Shown here: positions 55,558-63,132 of the stretch, piece after piece
Layout: each line of letters begins with the position of its first letter
How positions within the stretch are numbered: the first letter of the stretch is position 1
Assembly: GCA_963741715.1 (NCBI GenBank)
Contig: CAVUJA010000002.1
Span: 753,764-817,763, forward strand
Length of the DNA: 64,000 nucleotides
Direction: 5' to 3'
DNA from: an uncultured Acidobacteriota bacterium
GTDB taxonomy: Bacteria > Acidobacteriota > Vicinamibacteria > Vicinamibacterales > Fen-181
Position numbers and translations under genes: made by a program
The notes under the pieces: generated by a model
Databases searched by the model: none
What the model was told of the DNA's origin: nothing
The model's input: the letters and a program-made list of their open reading frames with translations, nothing else

Positions 55558-56568
55558 TCAGAACGGCTGCCGTTCGTCGAGCACCATCTCCACCTTCAGC
55601 CACCAGCGCGGCTGATAGACGATGAACACCGGCACGTCTGCCAGCGGTGCGTCGATCCCGCAGACGATCGTGAAGGCCTCGGTCCAGTCTTCGCCGCGCG
55701 TCCTGATCTCGAACCGGGACGTCAGCAGGCGCGGATACGTCACGCCGCCGTAGGAGGCCGACCTCTCGATCCCCGACGACACCCGCGTCAGATCGTACTG
55801 TTTCTTGTAGAAGACATACGAGAGGCTCTTGCGGCCCGGCGCCCGCGACGTCGCCTTCACCGTCTCGACGCCCTCGTGCAGCAGTTCCGTGAGGCCGAGC
55901 AGCATGCCGCGCCGCCCGCCCGGCGGCACGGGCACGATACGCGAAGTCGGAGGCGCCGGCGCGGCCAGCAATCGCTCCATCAACGGTGCGAGTTCACGGT
56001 AGGAGTAGTCGCGGCCGACGTTCGCTTCGCTCACCCGCGCCACGGATTCGGACGCGTCCACCCTGGCCCGGATCATCTTGAAGTACACCCCGCCGGCAGC
56101 CTCGCTCGCCACGTTCGATTTCGCCTGCTCGAGCGTCTCCTCGTCGCTCTTCTTCATCACGCCGAGCACGGAGACCGCCGAGCCGTCATCCTCCTCCATG
56201 ACGAAGCCCCACCGGTTGGTCTGCCGCGGCGCCCGGGCGGGGTCGGATCCGATCAACAGGTCGCAGCCCGTTTGCCCGAGTGTGTCGCGCCGCCACCGGA
56301 TGCGGGCAGAGCCGATGTTGTCCTTCCCGATCCAGAACAGCAACAGCGGGCGAATCTTCCCGGCGAGGCGGTAGCGGTGTTCCGCGACGACCGGGAGCTT
56401 GCCCTCGAGAAGCGAGGCCGTTTCCAGGGCAGGGGTCAGAACGCCGGAGACGGGCTGCGGGGTGGTACCCGATTGCGCGCCCGCGGAGGCCCACAACGCG
56501 GTGCACAGAAGGCCCGCGACCAGGACCCGGAGGACGGTTCCGGGGAGGCGGACCGGCAGGGGATTCAT
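55558..56568 (-). CDS. Hypothetical secreted protein (336 aa)
   Basis: ATG at 56568. Signal peptide MNPLPVRLPGTVLRVLVAGLLCTALWASAGAQS, then a beta-rich mature part. No family recognised. First gene of the same-strand cluster. Confidence 0.65.
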   Translation of the reverse strand: MNPLPVRLPGTVLRVLVAGLLCTALWASAGAQSGTTPQPVSGVLTPALETASLLEGKLPVVAEHRYRLAGKIRPLLLFWIGKDNIGSARIRWRRDTLGQTGCDLLIGSDPARAPRQTNRWGFVMEEDDGSAVSVLGVMKKSDEETLEQAKSNVASEAAGGVYFKMIRARVDASESVARVSEANVGRDYSYRELAPLMERLLAAPAPPTSRIVPVPPGGRRGMLLGLTELLHEGVETVKATSRAPGRKSLSYVFYKKQYDLTRVSSGIERSASYGGVTYPRLLTSRFEIRTRGEDWTEAFTIVCGIDAPLADVPVFIVYQPRWWLKVEMVLDERQPF

Positions 56569-56728
56569 TGGAGGCCGATTATACTCCGCGGCGGCTTGCA
56601 TCCCCGCCGCCCAATGGGCTAGCATCGGGACCGGCCGGCGTGTTCGACAGCCGGCCGAAAGCAGCTGGTCGAATGCTCGATGCAGGACCGGTCGCGCCAT
56701 CGGCGCGCGGCATGGTGTACCGAGCGCT

Positions 56729-56798
56729 GTGCATTCGCCGTCGTGCATGGTGCATTCTGCGTTGTGCATTGTGCATTGTGCATTGTGCATTGTGCATT
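56729..56798. repeat. Heptamer array GTGCATT, 10 in-phase units with 5 perfect at the 3' end (family F3)
   Basis: GTGCATT CGCCGTC GTGCATG GTGCATT CTGCGTT GTGCATT x5. It sits in the divergent region between the 56568 (-) and 56825 (+) genes. Confidence 0.95.
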
Positions 56799-56824
56799 TT
56801 GAACTGACAGCCCTTTTGGCACCC

Positions 56825-57172
56825 GTGAGATCCACCTTCTTCCGTGCCGTTTCGCGCGTCTTCGCCGTCCTGCTCCTCGTGTGGACGACGGCGGATCTTG
56901 GCGGCGGGCTGTGCGTGCACGACCGGGAGCCAATCGCCGCGGCGGTGGGCGGGAGCCAGACCGCCCGCGCGGCTGCATCATCGGCCGGCGCCTCTTCCGG
57001 GGAAGTGCCGGGCCCGGGCGACGACTGCTTCTGCTGTTCGCACTTCGTGCACCCGCAGGTTCGTTACCAGGTCGTGCCGGTTTACGCCTTCGTGGCCGCC
57101 GTCGAAGCGGCCGCCCCCCTCCACCCGCAGTTCCCCGCCTCGCAGCTCTACCACCCCCCGCTCTGGGCCTGA
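56825..57172 (+). CDS. Small membrane-anchored Cys/His-motif protein preceding czcCBA
   Basis: GTG at 56825. TM/signal FAVLLLVWTTADLGGGLC, motif DDCFCCSHFVHP, C-terminal YHPPLWA. GC3-rich codons. It ends 64 nt before czcC. Confidence 0.6.
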   Translation: MRSTFFRAVSRVFAVLLLVWTTADLGGGLCVHDREPIAAAVGGSQTARAAASSAGASSGEVPGPGDDCFCCSHFVHPQVRYQVVPVYAFVAAVEAAAPLHPQFPASQLYHPPLWA

Positions 57173-57235
57173 CGCGGCGACTGACTCCCGAATCCTGTCC
57201 GTGCCTGTCCGCGCCCGTGTCCGTGAAGGTGCACC

Positions 57236-58522
57236 ATGCGCTTCCGTGTTCTGCCGGTCGTTTGCCTGGCGGGATGCTTGCTGGCCGGTCGAGCCGACGC
57301 CCAGCCGCCTGACATCCCCCTTCGCCTGTCGCTCTCGGATGCGCTGCGCTTGGCCGTCGAGCGCAGCCCGTCGCTCGACGTCGCCCGACAGATGGCGGCC
57401 GCCGCGCACGCCGACATCGGCGCCGCCAAGCGGTGGGCCAACCCGGTCGCCCGCGTGTCGTCGCTGGGCTACAACGGCGAGCCGAGCGGCGCCGGGTTCT
57501 TCGACCAGCAGGAACTGGTCGTCGACGCGGAACAGGAGTTCGACCTGGCCGGAAAGCGCGGCCATCGGGCGGCGGCCGCCACGGCCGCCGCCGCCGCCTC
57601 GGGGTTGTCCGTCGACGACGAGGCCCGTCGCCTCCGCGTCGAGGTCCAGCGGGCGTACTTCCAGCTGGTGCTCGCGCGCCTGGACGCCGATCTCGCCCGC
57701 GCGTCGCTCGACGAGATCGACAAGGTCATCGCCGTGAACCGGTCCCGCTACCAGCAGGGCGAGGTGTCGGGCGCCGAGCTCCGCCGCCTCGAAGTGGAAC
57801 GACTGCGCTTCAGCGAGGACGCCTTTCAGGCGGACCTCTCCACCCGGAACTCGCGGACCTCGCTGCTGGCGTTGATGGGATCCCCGCGACTGGATCTCGC
57901 CATCGAGCCGACCGACACGCTGCAGGCGCCTGCGGCTGACGCGTCTGGGGCCGGCGGCGCTACCGACGCCGCCAGCCTGGTCGCTCGCGCCGTCTCCGCT
58001 CGTCCCGACGTCGCGGCGGCCCGACAGGATCGCGTCCGCGCGGCGGCCGAGTCGGATCTGCAGCGCGCGCTCAAGACGCCGAATCTCTCGGTCTCCGCGG
58101 GCATGCGCCGGGATTTCGGGACCAACGGCTTGGCCCTGGGCCTGACGATGCCCCTGCCGCTCCTCGACAGGAACGCGCCGGGCATCGCCCGTGCCGACGC
58201 GGAACGTCGAGCCGCGGACAGCCGGGCGCGCGCCCTCGAGCTGGCGGTGGCGCTCGAGGTCCAGCAGGCGTTGAACCTCGTGGACGTCAACCGTCAGCGC
58301 GTCCTCCTCGTCGAACGCGACTACCTGGCCAAGGCCCGCGAGGCGCGCGACGCGGTGCGCGCCGCCTATCGGGCGGGCGAAAGCCAGCTGCTCGACTACC
58401 TGGATGCCGAACGCGTCTTCCGCGACGTGCAGCGCGCCTACAACCGCGCGCTGCTCGACTATCGGCTCAGCCTGTTCCAGCTGGATGCCGCCGTCGGCGC
58501 CAGCCCCGGAGACCTGCCATGA
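57236..58522 (+). CDS. czcC: TolC-family outer membrane efflux protein (CzcC-like)
   Basis: Signal peptide MRFRVLPVVCLAGCLLAGRADA. Two OEP repeats (LSLSDALRLAVERSPSL..., ...YRAGESQLLDYLDAERV...). Confidence 0.9.
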   Translation: MRFRVLPVVCLAGCLLAGRADAQPPDIPLRLSLSDALRLAVERSPSLDVARQMAAAAHADIGAAKRWANPVARVSSLGYNGEPSGAGFFDQQELVVDAEQEFDLAGKRGHRAAAATAAAAASGLSVDDEARRLRVEVQRAYFQLVLARLDADLARASLDEIDKVIAVNRSRYQQGEVSGAELRRLEVERLRFSEDAFQADLSTRNSRTSLLALMGSPRLDLAIEPTDTLQAPAADASGAGGATDAASLVARAVSARPDVAAARQDRVRAAAESDLQRALKTPNLSVSAGMRRDFGTNGLALGLTMPLPLLDRNAPGIARADAERRAADSRARALELAVALEVQQALNLVDVNRQRVLLVERDYLAKAREARDAVRAAYRAGESQLLDYLDAERVFRDVQRAYNRALLDYRLSLFQLDAAVGASPGDLP

Positions 58523-59715
58523 TCCGTCGCCTGCTGTGCCTCTCGCTCCTGGCCGCCGTCCCGGGCTGCACGTCCCGCTCCGCACCGCCCGCCGAGCCGC
58601 GGCCCGCCGCCGCGGAAGCCGCCAAGGCGCCGCGCGAGCTGCGCGTCGCGCCGGAACTCCAGAGGAAATGGGGGCTCGAAACCGGCCCCGTCTCGCGCGT
58701 CACGGTCTCCGGCGCGCTGACGCTGCCGGGCGTGATTGCGCTCAACCAGCAGCGGACCGCGCAGATCACCTCGCCGCTCGAAGGACGCGTGACGTCGATC
58801 GCCGCCGATCTCGGCGACCAGGTGCGGGGCGGCCAGGCGCTGATCGTCCTGCAGTCGCCCGCGCTCGCGCAGGCCCAGACGACGTTCCTGCAGGCGGCGG
58901 CCAGGCGAAGCACCGCCCGGCGCGAGCTCGACCGGGCGCACGAACTGATGAAGGACGATGCGATCCAGCAGAAGGAGGTGCAGCGCCGCCAGGCCGAGTT
59001 CGACGCCGCGACGACCGACTACGGCCTCGCCGAGTCGCAGCTCCACGCGCTCGGGTGGGACCACCCGCAGCTCGACGCGCTGCTGCAAAGGGCCGGGCGG
59101 ACGAATGCCGACCTCTCGGATCTGGCCGACCAGACGCTGACCCTCCGCGCGCCCGTGGACGGGCGCGTCCTCGCGCGCGAGGTGGTGGTGGGCGAGCACG
59201 TGCAACCCGACAAGCTGCTCTTCACCGTGTCGGACCTCTCAACGGTCTGGGCGCTGCTCGACGCCCGCGAACACGATCTGCCCGGGCTGTCGGTCGGCAG
59301 CCGGGTGGAGATCACGAGCGAGGTCTACGGCGGGCGGCGCTTCGAAGGGCGGCTGGCGCGCGTGGGCGACGTGGTGGACGAGAAGCTGCGGACGATCAAG
59401 CTGCGCGTCGACGTGCCCAACCCGGGGCTGCTCCTCAAGCCGAACATGTTCGTGCAGGGCGCGCTCACATCGCGCGGCGGCGCGCGCGAGGTGCTGGCCG
59501 TTCCCGAAGAGGCGATCCAGACGATCGAAGGCGAGCCGGCGGTCTTCGTCGCCACGCCGGGAGGCGGGTTCGCGGTGAGGATGCTGGCGCTCGGCGAACG
59601 CGTGGGGACGCGCCGGGCCGTCACCGGCGGGCTCGACGGCCGCGAATCGGTCGTCGTCGCCGGGGCCTTCAACCTGAAGGCCGAACTGCTCAAGAATTCG
59701 TTTGCCGGGGAGTGA
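58519..59715 (+). CDS. czcB: Efflux RND periplasmic adaptor (CzcB/HlyD-like MFP)
   Basis: ATGA overlap with czcC. Lipoyl/beta-barrel motifs (ITSPLEGRVTSI, LRAPVDGRVLAREV). Position between czcC and czcA. Confidence 0.9.
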   Translation: MIRRLLCLSLLAAVPGCTSRSAPPAEPRPAAAEAAKAPRELRVAPELQRKWGLETGPVSRVTVSGALTLPGVIALNQQRTAQITSPLEGRVTSIAADLGDQVRGGQALIVLQSPALAQAQTTFLQAAARRSTARRELDRAHELMKDDAIQQKEVQRRQAEFDAATTDYGLAESQLHALGWDHPQLDALLQRAGRTNADLSDLADQTLTLRAPVDGRVLAREVVVGEHVQPDKLLFTVSDLSTVWALLDAREHDLPGLSVGSRVEITSEVYGGRRFEGRLARVGDVVDEKLRTIKLRVDVPNPGLLLKPNMFVQGALTSRGGAREVLAVPEEAIQTIEGEPAVFVATPGGGFAVRMLALGERVGTRRAVTGGLDGRESVVVAGAFNLKAELLKNSFAGE

Positions 59716-59745
59716 CAAGGGTGGCAAAGAACCGCGTCAACGCGC

Positions 59746-59852
59746 AATGCACAATGCACAATGCAAAACGTAGAGACACTCGCCGCGGATCGCCCGTCGC
59801 TCTCTGCGCGTCGCATTCCCCATTGTGCATTCTGCATTTGGCATTGTGCATT
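59746..59852. repeat. Inverted heptamer arrays AATGCAC x3 versus NNGCATT x6 (family F3) inside the czc operon
   Basis: Left 59746-59766: AATGCAC AATGCAC AATGCAA. Right 59811-59852: TCGCATT CCCCATT GTGCATT CTGCATT TGGCATT GTGCATT. The arms are mutually complementary and lie in the 182-nt czcB-czcA gap. Confidence 0.9.
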
Positions 59853-59897
59853 CATCCACCAGGCCGCGCCCGTTCAGCGGCCTGACGGCGTCCAGCC

Positions 59898-62800
59898 ATG
59901 CTCGAACGATTGATCGCGCTCTCGTTGCGCAACCGCCTGCTGGTCGGGCTCGCCCTCGTCCTCGTCGTCGGCGTCGGCACGTGGGCCGTGGCCACGATCC
60001 CCGTCGACGCCTTTCCCGACGTCACCAACATCCAGGTCGAGGTCGTGAGCACCGCCCCGGGGCTCTCGCCGCTCGAGATCGAGCGGATGGTCACCTACCC
60101 GATCGAGTCGGCCATGCGCGGCCTGCCCGGGCTCGTAACCATGCGGTCGGCGACCAAGTACGGCATCTCGGTCATCACCCTCGTCTTTCGCGACGACGTC
60201 GACATCTACTTCGCGCGCCAGCAGGTCCACGAGCGCTTGAGCGACGTGAGCCGGAACTTGCCGGCCGGCGTGGAATCCGACATGGGGCCGATCGCGTCGG
60301 CGATGGGCGAGATCTACCAGTACACGATCGAGCCAGGGCCGGGAGGCCAGGCCTCCGGCGGCGACGACGACGTGCAGCGGCTCACGAGACTCCGCACGAT
60401 CCAGGACTGGGTGGTGTCGCCGCTGCTCAAGGGCGTAACCGGCGTCACCGAGGTCAACTCGTTCGGCGGCTACATCCGGCAGTTCGAACTCCTCGTCGAT
60501 CCCGATCGCCTCCTCAAGTACGACATCTCCGTCGAGGCCGTGCGGGAGGCGGTGCGGCGGAACAACGCCAACGTGGGCGGCAGCGTGGTCACGCGCGGGT
60601 CCGAGGAGTACATCATTCGCGGCGTGGGGATGATCCGCTCGGAGGCGGACATCGCGTCGATCGTGCTCAAGTCGCAGGCGGGTACCGCGGTGTGCGTGTC
60701 GGACGTCGCGACGGTGCGCGCCGGCCACGCGGTGCGCCAGGGCGCGTCGCTCAAGGACGGCCGCGGCGAGGCGGTGGGCGGCATCGTGCTGATGCTCCGC
60801 GGCGAGAACAGCCGGACCGTCGTCGCGGCGCTCGAGGCCAGGGTGCGGGAGGTCAACGACGGGCACGTCCTGCCGGACGGCCTGCAGATCGTCCCGTTCT
60901 ACCGGCGGTCGCCCATCGTCGAGGCCTCCACGCGAACCGTGCTGAAGGCCCTGGCCGAGGGCGCCGTGCTCGTGGTCGCGGTGCTGCTGATCCTGCTCCG
61001 CAGCGCCCGCGGCGCGTTCGTCGTCATCCTCGCCCTGCCGCTGTCGATCCTGCTGACGTTCACGGTGCTCAAGGTCGCGAAGATCGACGCGAACCTGATG
61101 TCGCTCGGCGGCCTGGCGATCTCGATCGGCATGATCATCGACGCCACGATCATCCAGGTGGAGAACGTGCAGCGCCGGCTCGGCCAACGCGGGGCGGACG
61201 GGACCGGCGGGCGGATGGCGACCGTGCTCGCGGCGGCGATGGAGGTGCGGAAACCGAGCATCCTCGGCGAGCTGATCATCGCCCTCACCTTCGTCCCGAT
61301 CATCACGCTCCAGGGCCTCGAGGGGAAGATGTTCTCCCCGCTCGCCTTCACCGTGGCGCTCGCGCTGCTCTCTTCGCTACTGTTGTCGATCTTCGTGATC
61401 CCCGTGCTCTGCCTCGCCCTGCTGAAGGCCGAGACCAAGGAAAGCCCGGTGCTGCAGGCGATCCGACGCGTCTACCTGCCGGCGCTGAACTGGACGCTCG
61501 GCCACCGCCTCGCCGTCGTCGCCGCCGGCGGCGTGCTGGTCGTGGGCGCGCTCGCGATGGTGCCGCACCTCGGCACCGAGTTCCTCCCGATCATGGACGA
61601 GGGGGCCTTCGACATGGACGTCCAGCTGCTGCCGGGCGTGTCGCTGGACAAGGCGCTCGACACCACCCTCGAGATCGAGAAGCGGCTGATGACGTTCCCC
61701 GAGATGCAGACGGTCGTGTCGCGGACGGGGCAGACCGGCGTGGCCATCGAAGCGCGGGGCGTCGACAAGACGGGGTTCGTGGGCGCGCTGAAGCCGCGGT
61801 CGGAGTGGCGGACGGCGGCCACCCGCGAGGAACTGGCCGACAAGATGCGCGACGCGATCGCCGACATCCCCGGGGTGGTGGCGAGCTTCAGCCAGCCGAT
61901 CCAGTGCCGGATCGACGAACTCGTCGCCGGCACCCGGGCGCAGGTGATCGTCAAGCTGTTCGGCGACGACCTGCAGGTGCTCAAGCGCAAGGCCGGCGAG
62001 ATCGCGCGGGTGCTGGCGCAGGTCCGGGGCGCCGAGGACCTGGCCGAAGAGAAGGTGGCCGGGCAGCCGTACCTCACCGTGTCCGTGGACCGCGACCGCA
62101 TCGCCCGCTACGGGGCCAACGCCAGCGATGTCCTCGATCTGATCGAAACCGCGGTCGGCGGCCGGAGCGTCTCGCAGGTCTACCTCGAGAACCAGGTGGT
62201 GGACGTCGTGATTCGCGTGCCGGAGAGCCACCGCCAATCGGTGGAGGGGCTGTCGAGCCTGCTGGTGGACGTTCCCGGCGGTGCTCGACTCCCGCTCTCG
62301 CAGCTGGCGCACGTGGACGTGCAGGAGGGACCCGTGCAGATCAGCCGCGAGGACGGCCGGCGACGGATCGGCGTCGAGCTGAACGTGGCCGGCCGCGACA
62401 TCGGCAGCTTCGTGGCCGAGGCGCAGGCGCGCCTGAAGCGCGACGTGGCGCTGCCCGCCGGCTACTACCTGACGTGGGGCGGGCAGTTCGAGAACCAGCA
62501 GCAGGCGATGCGGCGGCTCGGCGTGATCGCGCCCGCGGTGGCCGCGCTGATCTTCGTCCTCCTGCTGGTCACCTTCGGGAGCCTCCGGGCGGCCGGCCTG
62601 ATCATCTTCAACCTGCCGTTCGCGCTCGCCGGCGGCGTCTTCGCGCTCTGGCTCTCGGGCCTCTACCTGTCGGTCCCGGCCTCTGTCGGCTTCATCGTCC
62701 TCTTCGGGGTGGCGGTCCTGAACGGGGTGGTGCTCATCTCGTCGATCACCCAGTTCCGGACGGAGGGCATGCCGGCCGGGCAGGCGGTGATTGCGGGGTG

Positions 62801-63029
62801 CGATTCGCGGCTCCGGCCGGTGCTGATGACGGCGGGGATCGCGATCTTCAGCCTGCTGCCGATGGTGGTCGCCACCGGGCCCGGCGCGGAAGTGCAGCGC
62901 CCGCTGGCCGTCGTCGTCATCGGGGGCCTCGTCACGTCGACGCTGCTGACGTTGCTCGTGCTGCCGGTGCTCTACAGGATGGTCGAGGGACCGGAAGGCT
63001 CACGGATCGGGGTAGTGAAGGGTGGGTAG
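59898..63029 (+). CDS. czcA: CusA/CzcA family heavy-metal efflux RND transporter
   Basis: 1043-aa ORF, MLERLIALSLRNRLLV...DAFPDVTNIQVEV..., 12-TM RND architecture. Confidence 0.95.
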   Translation: MLERLIALSLRNRLLVGLALVLVVGVGTWAVATIPVDAFPDVTNIQVEVVSTAPGLSPLEIERMVTYPIESAMRGLPGLVTMRSATKYGISVITLVFRDDVDIYFARQQVHERLSDVSRNLPAGVESDMGPIASAMGEIYQYTIEPGPGGQASGGDDDVQRLTRLRTIQDWVVSPLLKGVTGVTEVNSFGGYIRQFELLVDPDRLLKYDISVEAVREAVRRNNANVGGSVVTRGSEEYIIRGVGMIRSEADIASIVLKSQAGTAVCVSDVATVRAGHAVRQGASLKDGRGEAVGGIVLMLRGENSRTVVAALEARVREVNDGHVLPDGLQIVPFYRRSPIVEASTRTVLKALAEGAVLVVAVLLILLRSARGAFVVILALPLSILLTFTVLKVAKIDANLMSLGGLAISIGMIIDATIIQVENVQRRLGQRGADGTGGRMATVLAAAMEVRKPSILGELIIALTFVPIITLQGLEGKMFSPLAFTVALALLSSLLLSIFVIPVLCLALLKAETKESPVLQAIRRVYLPALNWTLGHRLAVVAAGGVLVVGALAMVPHLGTEFLPIMDEGAFDMDVQLLPGVSLDKALDTTLEIEKRLMTFPEMQTVVSRTGQTGVAIEARGVDKTGFVGALKPRSEWRTAATREELADKMRDAIADIPGVVASFSQPIQCRIDELVAGTRAQVIVKLFGDDLQVLKRKAGEIARVLAQVRGAEDLAEEKVAGQPYLTVSVDRDRIARYGANASDVLDLIETAVGGRSVSQVYLENQVVDVVIRVPESHRQSVEGLSSLLVDVPGGARLPLSQLAHVDVQEGPVQISREDGRRRIGVELNVAGRDIGSFVAEAQARLKRDVALPAGYYLTWGGQFENQQQAMRRLGVIAPAVAALIFVLLLVTFGSLRAAGLIIFNLPFALAGGVFALWLSGLYLSVPASVGFIVLFGVAVLNGVVLISSITQFRTEGMPAGQAVIAGCDSRLRPVLMTAGIAIFSLLPMVVATGPGAEVQRPLAVVVIGGLVTSTLLTLLVLPVLYRMVEGPEGSRIGVVKGG

Positions 63030-63038
63030 ACGAATGTC

Positions 63039-63124
63039 GTGGCTACCGGCTGGTGGCTCGTGGATGGTGCACACGCGACGCGCCAGCCACGAGCCACGAG
63101 CAACCACTGGCCACTAGCCACTAC
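63039..63124. repeat. Inverted heptamer arrays GTGGCTA-type versus GCCACGA/CTAGCCA-type (family F2) between convergent czcA and glyA
   Basis: Left 63039-63066: GTGGCTA CCGGCTG GTGGCTC GTGGATG. Right 63086-63124: GCCACGA GCCACGA GCAACCA CTGGCCA CTAGCCA CTAC. Same unit as the 24-copy array at 12482-12649. Confidence 0.9.
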
Positions 63125-63132
63125 AGAATGCA

